A stretch of DNA of 63,128 nucleotides, the filler included, from Reticulomyxa filosa (lineage: Eukaryota > Protista > Foraminifera): NCBI GenBank assembly GCA_000512085.1. It is 14 parts of 14 records of this genome, joined end to end, with 100 filler letters (N's around TTAATTAATTAA, not from the genome) between each part and the next. Parts side by side here need not be neighbours in the genome. Positions count along the whole stretch, not along the records: positions 17,174 to 31,987 come from ASPP01025261.1; positions 32,088 to 36,444 come from ASPP01022744.1; positions 36,545 to 40,621 come from ASPP01020603.1; 11 more parts are not named here. One strand, written 5' to 3'. Below, piece after piece: positions 27,301 through 38,313 of the stretch. The position numbers and the translations under genes were made by a program. A model generated the notes under the pieces. That model did not search any database. It was not told the origin of the DNA and saw nothing but the letters and a program-made list of their open reading frames with translations. How positions within the stretch are numbered: the stretch's first letter is position 1; the number at the start of each line of letters is the position of its first letter.

Positions 27301-29743
27301 ACTTCGAAAAGTTGGTGAAAACCAATACACATTTTTGCACAAATCATGTCAGGAATATTTTGCGGCACATAAAATTATTTGTGATATCCTTTCATGGAAA
27401 CAACCTACCTTTGATGATGACCATAAGCAATTTGAAACACAAATTCAGCAGCAAAGTATTAACTGCAAGTTATTGAACGAAGAAAATGGAATTATTCAAT
27501 TTATCGTCGAAAGACTTCGAGAAAAAGATTCTGCTTTTGATAACTTGGAATATAAGCTATTTCAAATTATTGAAGCGTCCAAAAATCTTAATACTATTAA
27601 TATCGCGGCCGCCAATGCAGTAACCGTGCTCAATTCAGCCAGGATTAACATACATCACAAAGATTGGAGTAATATCAAAATTCCCTATGCTATACTCGAC
27701 AATGCCTTCCTGGAAGGGACCAATTTTGCAAACGCAAATTTGAGTAATATAAGTCTTGCTCAGGCATTCCTTAATGAAACTAATTTTCAAAATGCTGATA
27801 TGACAGGCATATACTTTGGAGAACATCCAAATTTGGAAGGACATTCAGGAAATGTGACATCAGCATATTTTTCGCCAGATGGACAAACCGTTGTATCATG
27901 TTCATGGGACAAAACAATTCGATTATGGGACGCGGATTCTGGACAAGAGTTACAAATATGGAAAGGACATTCCGATACTGTCACGGAAGCACAATTTTCA
28001 CCAGACGGCAATACTATTGTATCATCCTCATGGGATAAAACAATTCGGTTGTGGGACGTCAAGTCTGGTCAAGAATTACAAAAATGGAAGGGACATTCGA
28101 ATTACGTCTCTGGAGTGCAGTTTTCTTCAAATGGTCTTACCATTTTGTCTTGCTCTTTTGATAAAACAATTCGAATATGGGAGGTGGCGTCTGGAAAAGA
28201 GATTCAAAAATTCCAAGGGCATTCAGAAAGCGTCAGAGCAGCCCAATTTTCTCCAGATTGTAATACTATTGTGTCATGTTCTAACGATAAATCGATTCGA
28301 ATATGGAATGTCGCATCAGGGCGAGAATTACAAAAACTCGTAGGACATTCAGCAAATGTGTTAGATGTTCAATTTTCTCCTAATGGCTGCTTTATTGTAT
28401 CTGCGTCTGAGGATCAAACCGTTCGAATTTGGGATATTATGTCCGGGCAACAACTACAAAAATTGGAAGGACATTCAGAAGGTGTTACAGCTGTACAATT
28501 TTCACCAGATGGAAGAAACATTATTTCGAGCTCGCTTGATAAAACTATTCGGCTTTGGGAGGCACTTTCAGGTCGGGAAATCCGAAAATTTGAAGGACAT
28601 TCAAACGGCTTTCGAGGGCACGTTTTTCACCCGACGGTCGTATTATCGTAACATGTTCTTTTGACAATACTGTTCGATTATGGGATGTGCCATTACACGG
28701 AAAATCACAAAAGGTCGACGGACATTCAAACTGGGTAGGAGGGGTACAATTTTCACCAGACGGAAATACCGTTATCTCGTGGTCATTTGACAAAACTATT
28801 CGAATGTGGGACGCGAAAACAGGTAGAGCAATACATAAATTTGACGGACATTCACGGTGCGTTTCACAAGCACAATTTTTTCCAAATGGACATACTATTG
28901 TATCTTGTTCATATGACAATACAATTCGATTGTGGGATGTCGACTCGGGTCGAGAAATCCAAAAGTTAGACTTGCATTCTGCTCCTGTCGGTGTAGTTGA
29001 GTTTTCGCCGAATGGTGAAACACTATTATCTTGTTCGTATGATCAAACACTTCGATTATGGGACACAACGTCCGGACAATTGGTACCAAAAATAGAAAGG
29101 CATTCCAAAATAATTTCAGGTGCACATTTTTCACCTGATGGCCTTACTATTCTGTTGTGGTTCGAGGATCAAGTTGTCAGAATATGGGACGCTACATTAG
29201 AAAGAGAAATCCAAAAAATTTGAAGGACATTCTAATACTATTTTATGCGCTACATTTTCACCAAATGGGAAAATGATTGTGTCTTGTTCGGATGATGAAA
29301 CCGTTCGATTGTGGGACGTAGAATCAGGAAGAGAGATACGTAAATTGGAAGGGCATTCCAATTATGTAAATTATGCTAAATTTTCACCTGATGGTAACAA
29401 AATTGTATCATGCTCAAAAGATAAAACAGTTCGATTATGGGATGTCTCTTCAGGAAGACAGATACAAAAACTGGAAGGCCATTCAAATTCTATATATGAA
29501 GTGCACTTTTCTCCGGATGGGCGTTCAATTGTGTCTTGTTCCCTTGATCAAAGCGTTCGATGTTGGCAATTGGAAACAAATTCAGCTTTAAGTCTTGAAG
29601 CACCGGCGAAATTGAAATGGCAGGCCGGCATCCAAAACTGTGGTTTGTCAATGGCAAATAGTATTTGGAAAGGAGTACGTGGCTTGAAAAGCCAGCAAGC
29701 GCTACTTATAATGCAACGTGGTGGAACCTTGCAAAAAACTTAA
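24319..29743 (+). CDS. NLR-like STAND protein: CUE/UBA-like + Cys4 Zn domain + RelA/SpoT-like nucleotidyltransferase + NACHT + pentapeptide repeats + 14 WD40
   Basis: Exons approx. 24319-24663, 24750-24831 and 24926-29743. Motifs KLKGNDRLLEK, DIGRFTI, KDF, HHRFHNI and IEMQATL (25442-25730); Walker A GNSGSGKS (26381); Walker B ILIMDGFDE; ILTCR; FLHKSCQEYFAA; pentapeptide repeats about 27660-27820; GH-WD repeats 27835-29570. Two 1-nt frameshifts at about 28618 and 29217. Confidence 0.88.
27835..29570 (+). repeat. 14 tandem WD40 units with a 126-bp period
   Basis: Consensus xGHSxxVxxxxFSPDGxxIVSCSxDxTIRLWDxxSGxEIQKL repeated every 42 aa. Confidence 0.92.
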
Positions 29744-30647
29744 ATCCATAAAATTCTCTGATTTTGTTAAAAACGTCCATTTTTTTGTATATTTTGCAGG
29801 AAAATGTGTAATTATTGCTTGCACATTTTTTGTTACGAGATACATTTGAAAAATAGCTGTGTTTTTTGCAGCATTTGGGATAACCCTGTTTTGTACAGTC
29901 ATTTTTGCTACTAAATGTCATTTTACGAAGACAAGCAACTTCAAATATAAATGAAAATCTAGATATCATGAATTGATAAACTTTTGAATGATAAAATTAG
30001 TGTTTCACGCATTTTTAGTTTACATAGAACAACACTGAAAATAATAAATACGTATCAAAAGGGGAAATTCGTTAAAAAATTAACACTGTATCTCCAAAAG
30101 CGACACGATTAAAGACAAACAAAAGCAATAATTAAAGCAATAACATTATCCCTAAAAACCTATTTTTTAGTGAGAGAATAACTTAAAATTAAAAAAAAGA
30201 GAAAATCTGAGTGTCAGCTGTGGCTCGTCGAAGCTTGTTCTGACGAAAACGGTGTGTAACGTATGAACTTATTCGAAAAATGTTACTGCCTAAACAAGGA
30301 CATATGCATCTAAAAAAATAGTAATGCAACTTTTAACCAACCGTATCAATTCAGGTTGTAGACTAACAAAAAATTAACCTTTTTATTTTCCTAAACATTT
30401 TATTCGTTCATTGCCGAACAAAAAAGTAATACAAAAACTGAATTGGAGAATGCATCAAATTTTCGGTTTCTAAAACGTCTCTGTTGAAGACTTTTGGTCA
30501 AAATTCTTATTTTGCTTAAAGATCATTCTGAAAAAGCAAAATTGTGGACATTGGCAAACATATGTCTGTTGAACGTATTGCGACACTAGTGCATAAAGAG
30601 GAGCAAGCAGATTGAAAAAGAGGGGAGGAAAAAAACCCAAAAAAAAG

Positions 30648-31778
30648 TTAAACAAGTTGACAGCCACATTGGCTAGTATTTTCTCCTTGCGGTGAAATAT
30701 TGGCGACAGGTTTAACGTCTTCCAAAAGTGACGGTGAGTCTAATATTTTTTCAACTAATTCATTGAACGCATCTGTTACTCCTTGTCTAGTCTTTGCCGA
30801 AGCTTCAAAAAATAGCATCCCATTAGCTTCAGCAAATTTGCGTCCTTCATTCCGAGATACTGTTCGATTTTTTCCTAAATCGATCTTATTGCCTACCAAC
30901 ACCTGTTTTGTTTTTCATTAACAAAAAATTGAATGAAACTTTTCTAAAAAAAGATAATGCATAACTTAACTTTAATGACGTTACTTTTTGTTGTGAACAA
31001 GTCGACTTCTTTTAGCCATTCTTTTACATTCTCAAATGTCTCTTTTCTTGTTACATCGTACACTTTTTTAATTCAAACCAATCCGTTTCCAATGTTTTAT
31101 CCATTTACACATCATATATATTATGTTTGTATAGAAAATTAATCACCAACATACAACTTTATCAAAAAAAAGTTTTATTTCGTCAGAATAAAAATAGCAA
31201 TTCATTTATTTAATGTAATTGTTTGAAATGCTGAACGCACCTAATATTACTCCTTGTGCGCCCCGGTAATATGCGCTGCCAATCAAACAAACAAAATTTA
31301 AAAGAAAGAAAAACTTTTATTCGTACATAAACATTGTCATGTATGGATTGACAAACTCTTGATTTGTAAATGTAACAAAAGAAACCTGGTGAGTGTTCTA
31401 AATCTTTCCTGTCCTGCAGTGTCCCAAATTGTTAGTTTGATTCTTTTCCCACGGACAGCTACTAATTTTACTTTTAAGTCCACTCCGATTGTCGCTCTTG
31501 AATCTTCATCAAACTCTTCTGACGTAAACGAAAGCTTTTTGTTTACGTTTTTTTTGAATTCGTCTTCCTTCCTTTTTTTGCAAACAAAATGTGTGCCTTA
31601 CTCGTCAAACTCATACCAGAAGACATGTTTTTCCAACTCCACTGTCGCCAACCTATACCCGAAAAGCAAAAACGCTATTCTAAAAAAAATAATTCCATTG
31701 GTTGTTTTAATTTGTTTTATTTGTACCAACCAACAGAAGTTTGAGAAGATGATCGTGAGTAGCACCAGGAATGGCCAT
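30648..31778 (-). CDS. RAB18: Rab18 small GTPase with several short exons
   Basis: [76 protein letters not shown] and C-terminal CGCQLV. Confidence 0.9.
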
Positions 31779-32489
31779 AATCTATGTGAATTATATTAGT
31801 TTTATATTAGCTTTTTCGCTTCCTTTTTGAAAAATTAAACAAGACGTACCACAAGTCTTTTTCTTGTCAAAATCAAATTTAAAAAAGATTCGCAAAAATT
31901 TCTGTGGTTTTTTTGGTGCTGTTTTAATTCAAACAAGAGTAATCCGAAATATTGTCCGCAGAGAATGTTCCGTCGAGGCAAAAAAAANNNNNNNNNNNNN
32001 NNNNNNNNNNNNNNNNNNNNNNNNNNNNNNNTTAATTAATTAANNNNNNNNNNNNNNNNNNNNNNNNNNNNNNNNNNNNNNNNNNNNCAGTGGAGGTTCT
32101 ATTGAGACAATAGCACATATATACTTATATGTTGAACATAAAAGAAAGGAAAAAATTTTACCTTATGGTGCACAGTTTTGCAATGCAACGCTCGTATTGC
32201 ACAACCACAACAACAAGTAGTGCAGTCATCCAAGTTATTCAATAATTTGTGCACTTTGTTCCGTTTCAAGCTCCACACGTATACTATAAGCAATCCACAA
32301 CCAAAAGATAATGTCTATAATGAAGAAACAATAATAAAAAAAAGATAACTTAGCAACATGATATGGCCGACGTGTAGATTTGCTGTCACTTGAATTGTTT
32401 GTTATTTGTGATGGAACATTTAAAGTATTGTTGCCAGTGAAGGATTTGTAATGTATATTTGCTGGTGTTTGTGTCGGAGCTGGGGCAAA

Positions 32490-33583
32490 TTATGGAGGTA
32501 AGCGAGTCTGTTGGTGTCCATTGACATGCGGATGTTGACGGCTAAGTGCCATTGGATGCCATGTATTGGAGAAAGCGCCCCTTTGCACAAATAGAGAATA
32601 GACATCACGGCCGACTTCAATAAAATTACTCATCGGTTGCGTTATGTCCATATCTCTAATTTGCGCCAGCAGCGCTTCTATCGCCTTAATGGCATAGAAT
32701 GAGCAATTGGACACTAGCGTGGACTTTTCTTCACAATTTGTGCCGGTTGCAGCTGGTCGAACAATGTGACCAAATCTCCATCGCCGTTTGTCCATATTTT
32801 ACTTAGCACGACACCATACCATTGCAATCTGTGTTATCGTACGATACAAACAATTTTTTGTTTGTTTTTAAAAAAAAAGACGAAAAAAACAACTTAACAT
32901 TGCAGACTTGGCCAACACTTGCGACATCTGGCGAAGTTGTGTGCGTCAATGATAAGGCCATTCGCAAACGTACTATTTTTTTTTTTGAAAATTTTTTTTT
33001 AAATCCAATAAATCATATATGTAATCCCTTCTCACACTTACTATCTCTTGCCATAAGTAAATATACAATTTTTTTTAATGAACATTTTTTTTTCCATTTG
33101 ATCTTTCTATTACCTGTATGACAGTTGTTTAAATGTCAATTTGTAAAAAGTCGTAGATACAGTCGAAGTTGATATGAACGTACTCACGACCGGCGTTTTG
33201 TTATGTGAACTCTTAGATTTCTTTGGATCGATCGGCAGCATGTTTTGTGAGATACGTATACTTTCGCTCTTGAATTGTATTGACTCCTTATTGAACATTT
33301 GCACCAATGATACAGCTGTAAAGCTGTTGACTTGTGGATATTGTGCAAGTCTCCATGTTATCAATTTCGCACATAGTTGATTAACGTATTCAATGATGTT
33401 TTCAATATGTTTATATTGTCGTGATTGTCCAAGTGTGTTTGTCCTTTCGTTAAGTTCACCACCGAATTGAGTAGATTCATTGTTTGCGCTTGGCACCACC
33501 ATGAGCGCATTTAATACATGTATTGCCACAAATACCAACGACAATTTCATGCTGCTGCGAGTAACCAAGAGTTTTCCATTCAT
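32490..33583 (-). CDS. uncharacterised multi-exon gene or pseudogene; may extend to about 34570
   Basis: Two open, GC-richer minus-strand exon-like ORFs (33583-33110, 32795-32490) separated by A/T-rich intron-like DNA; no family recognised. Confidence 0.3.
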
Positions 33584-36017
33584 ATTTTCTCCTCTGTTTG
33601 CCCCCTATACTCCTGTTGGACACAATGAAACGGAACGACATCAAATGAGCAATAAATCCACTTTAAGATAAAAAAGAATTTTGTGGCAAACGATTTGTGG
33701 AAATACTGAGTTTATTGGAAACATTTAATTTGCACTTTGTTTTATGCACATTCACCATGGTTCAAGACAGACAAAAAAGTTGATATTTTTCTCATTTAAA
33801 AATTTTCAAGTTAATTACAGCCTGCTCACATAAAAAGGCTGAACAAGATAAAAAAAAATTTCCAATAAAAAAAAAGTGAAATGAAAAAAGCAGGATCAGT
33901 GATGTTTTCTAACAAAAGCAAGTAAAAGTGTGTTCGTAGCCTCTGGGCATGCAAAAATGCACATCCTTCATACGATTAAGTTTGTGATGCATTGCGGAAT
34001 TGAATCGTTGCCTGTCACATAAAGCAATGGTGAGATATTGACAAAAACTTTTTTGCATTCATTCGATATTACTAATGTCAAAAGTATCTATGGTACACAA
34101 CATACAATTTATTGATTTGTTTTTGTTTGAAATTTAAAGAAATCGCAATACCTGTGTCGCCATTTCAGTACTTGTCTATGTGTTTGTGTATTGTGTATAT
34201 CGCAATCGTTTTATACTTTGTTTTGTTTTTTTGATTGAGTGATAAAAGAGAGACCATCTCAAAAAAATTGATTGGGTGCCCTTTGATTTGTAGACAAGTA
34301 AACAAGATGTGAAGCTTTTTCAAAAAAGATACCTGAACAACTCGAAGCACTTGCAAAAGCGCTTGTCATTTCATTACGCGTTCCAGCAGGACTGCCATTT
34401 GAGGTCGTTTTTTGTGAGGGTATATAGATCCAATCGATGGGTATGTAGTGTTGCAGCTGGACCATGACGAATCGTCACTGAGACAAATACCAGCGGCTCC
34501 ATGGTATACATACAATGATTTCACTCTCGTTAGCAAATGTATATCCTTTTGTGCAAGAAGATCTCATGTTCATGATTTGAAAATGTTCTCAAAACACATC
34601 AATTTGTTCTTGAAATAAACAGAAGGTATCATGATCTTAGTTTTTTTTAACTTTAAAAGTTTGAAATTTCGCACTTATTTAGATGCGCAAAAGACTTTAA
34701 TAAAATTTTTGTTATGAAATAATGTTTTCAAAAAAAGATTATAAAATTTACTTTAAAAATGACTGTATTTGCTTTATTCTGAAAAAGTGTTTCAAAAAAG
34801 GCTAGCTCATTTTTTGCTTCTTGTCTTTTTGTTAAAACTTAGAATAGATGCTGTGGTTTTATACAAAAGTGAAAGAATAATCAAATTTGCATGGCATACT
34901 GTCTAAAGAGACAGCTACAAGAGATTTTTTTAAAAAAACAAAGTTAAGAACAAACTCCTCTTGAAGTCTCCATATTTAATTCAAAGCAACCAACCACTGC
35001 GAAGATGATATTCAAATACAGAAATTGGTGTGCATACGCCACAAACCCTTGCAAATCTCTGAATTTCTTTCGTGTAATCATCAATTGCTGGTTTTATAAT
35101 CTTTTGATCTAATAATTATTTTTGTCTTTGCGTAATGAGCGATCTTTAAAAAAGTATATTTTTTTCAATATTCATTATCCAAAAGTGAACAACTATGCAG
35201 CTGACCATTTTATGAAAAAAAAATTCGACGTAAAGTCCAAAGATAAGATATTAATGCATAATGAAAGAACAACAATATTATCTCGTACTCAAAATTATCC
35301 GGGAATAAGAGTTGTATTTGCAGAACGTCATACTTGCAATACACAGAGATTGCATTTCAAAATCACTTGGAGTTTTCGTTGTCATTGTGCTTACTTCATT
35401 TTCGCTTATGTAATAAGTGATTCATGGATTCAGTTGCGTCTATAAAAGCAATTATTCTCGAAAATTTTTCTCCTGCTTTTGACTTCATCAATACATTATG
35501 ATTTTGCTTTCGAAAAGGGGATATATTTTTACTCACTTTTTCAAAACAACCATTTCATTAAAAATGAATGGAATAATTCTTTGTAGATTTGCCAAAATTG
35601 ATATAATCATAGAGCAACTCAAAACATTTATTGCCGATTCTAATAATATCATTTTCTTGTTTTTCGATCAAAATGTACGTAACTTTAGAAATCAAGATGG
35701 CCATCATTTATATAATTGAACAATTGATGACTGAGTAATTATGAAGCAATCAGAGTTTAAATTGTCAAGTCAGTATCCATACTTGCCATCGAAGAAACTA
35801 GAAAATTTCACATGTTTAAGTTTCATCCTTAACATTTTTTTCAATAAACGAGTTTTCTTGTTGTAACTTTTGAATCTAGTCCTATTTCTTAGAACAAGTA
35901 GTTTATGAAAATAAGAGACAAAGCAGTACAAATTGGGGATAAAAACGTACTATACATATATCTGAACAAACGGTCAGATCTAGGTTCTGCAAAAAAAAAA
36001 ATATTTTCTGATTCTGC

Positions 36018-36299
36018 ATGTCTGGGGACATGGAAGACGAAATATTGTCTTTCTTGATAAATTTACCTGCACACATGAAACCGGAACAGGTAGAGGCATT
36101 GTGTAAGATACTTCGTGATGATCAAGACTGTACGTGTATGGAAGACGTTACCGAACTAACAGAAAATGACTGGGAAGAAGTGTTTAGCAAAGTGGAATTA
36201 AAAACTGTAACAAAAAAAAGATTGTTTAACGCCATCAAAGACATGTCTAAGAAACGAAGCATTCCAACTCCTGTCGAGTATGTTCTATGCACTGTGTGA
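36018..36299 (+). CDS. N-terminal SAM (sterile alpha motif) domain protein, 5' fragment
   Basis: EILSFL...LCKILRDDQDCTCMEDVTELTENDWEEVFSKVELKTVTKKRLFNAIK matches the SAM helix pattern; truncated by the contig end. Confidence 0.6.
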   Translation: MSGDMEDEILSFLINLPAHMKPEQVEALCKILRDDQDCTCMEDVTELTENDWEEVFSKVELKTVTKKRLFNAIKDMSKKRSIPTPVEYVLCTV

Positions 36300-36749
36300 T
36301 ATTGAATAGTCGAACAATGAACAAACAAGCAGCATTAAAAAAAAAAAAACAGAATCACAGAAGTTGTATTGGTCTCCAAAATCGTAAAAAGCATAAACAA
36401 CGCTTATGTGACATTGAAGGTATCTTTATTATCTATACTGTAAANNNNNNNNNNNNNNNNNNNNNNNNNNNNNNNNNNNNNNNNNNNNTTAATTAATTAA
36501 NNNNNNNNNNNNNNNNNNNNNNNNNNNNNNNNNNNNNNNNNNNNAAAAAAAAAAAAAAAAAAAAGATGAAGAAAATTTAAGGCTTAAAAAAGTTAGTTTA
36601 ATTTCCTTCAGCACCAAAAAAATATTTAACACACCATAACAACTTACATTGAAGTAACTCAAGACGAGTGTCGCAAGAAGGAATGCATCAGCACCAATTA
36701 TCTTATTACTACGAATAATATGACACAAGACAAAGAAAAGAAAGGTCGA

Positions 36750-37598
36750 TTAAGATTCTTCGTCCTGTTTCAAAGGTGTCAATTCCGGGCGTTTGTTGGA
36801 AGCAAGAGTATCCTTGCTCGTCATGGTAGTTCTGGTACTGGCAACAGAATTGATTTTGGAAGAGCGAGTGTCAAAACTGGAGGATTCAGAGACGGTGCTT
36901 GTCGTCTTATTGTCTTCTTTTAACTCGTCGGTGTCTTTGTGAGCCATTGTTTGCATTCTTTCTACTTTCAATAGAAACTTTATCCCCCTTTCTGCCAAAG
37001 CTTTGTCAATTTTATTCTTCAACAATGTTTTCATTGCCATTTGTTTCATATTCGACACTTTTCTTACCAATAATTGAAACTTGTTATCTCCAACCATGCA
37101 AAGTTCATTTGCCAAATTATTTTCTGTCAATTTCTTTGACACCTGATTTTTTTTTTTTTTTCCAATTTATCTTTTTTATTTATTTATTTCAATTGCATAA
37201 CACTCCTTCCCCCCTTTTTTTTTTTGATTGGGTATATGCATATGTAAAACCGAAATACGCTACATAATTGCTTGTTGGCAAGCTCCAGAGTTTGTTTTTT
37301 TCAATCCCTTTTTCATTCGCTCCAAATCACACACTCAAAAAAATTGTTGATTTATGCTTGTTTGCTTTTATACACTTGTATACATTACTTGCATTCCAAT
37401 TTGCTCGGTTAGCTCCCTTTCAGTGAAACACAGACAACAGCACGCACAGTACTTGTTTGCGTTTCCCACTGTCCAAACGCCACAACAAAGATAATAGGCT
37501 ATCCCCAATCTTTTCTTCACTTCTGCCGAAAATATTTCTTTCGCATTGAGAACCTCTATCGTTATCACTAAACGCTTTCGCTCTTCTCCTTTGCCCAT
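36750..37598 (-). CDS. uncharacterised small protein with a Cys cluster and internal repeat, 2 or more exons
   Basis: ORFs 37598-37368 (YYLCCG...YCACCCLCFTERELTEQIG) and 37142-36750 (KKLTENN...NKIDKALAERGIKFLLKVE) separated by intron-like DNA. Confidence 0.45.
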
Positions 37599-38313
37599 TT
37601 TATATTTTTTTTTGTTAAGTGTGCCTTTTTTTTAACAAAACTTTTACAAAAAGACAACACGCTTGTTCTTCGTGGGCTTACAACTCACTATAAATATATG
37701 TGAAAAATCTAAAATAGCATTATAATTTTACCTACACATTTTTGCACATATTTTCCTCAATCTCTATCATAAACATATTTTTTTTCATTTCTTTTTCTCC
37801 AAAAGATAAATCCATTTCAACGTATTGTTTTGTCAGATCTTTTATTTTCACTCTTTAGACAAGAAGCCAAGTAAGGGCAAGCTTTAATGAACATAAACAA
37901 TATTTTTAAAACAAAAATTAAACATGAAATAGAGAAACTAAGGTTGGTAACGTAAAAAAGTACTTCATCATGTTAATTAAAAATGATCTCTGCAGTTCTG
38001 TGTCAATAGTTGCAGATAAACCCAACACTTTAAAAAATAGCTTAATGAATTAATGACAATCTTTTGGTTTCTTATGAAAAACAATATATTGAAGATGATT
38101 GAAGAGTCTGAAATTTTCAATGATTAAGAAAAATTTGAAGACTACAAATTCATTGGCTCTTCTTTATCTCTTTACAATGTATTTTAAGATGTCCATATTG
38201 ACGGATGAACAAAACCAATTCTCGTTAAAGGAGAGGAGGAAGAAAAAAGGAAATGTTCGAAGCAAACAAAACAACCAACAAATAAAGAACCATAGATACA
38301 ATCACCAGCCAAA

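Noticed and set aside
27835-29570. Regular 126-bp repeat as a CRISPR-like array
   Set aside because: These are protein-coding WD40 repeats with no repeat-spacer structure and no cas genes
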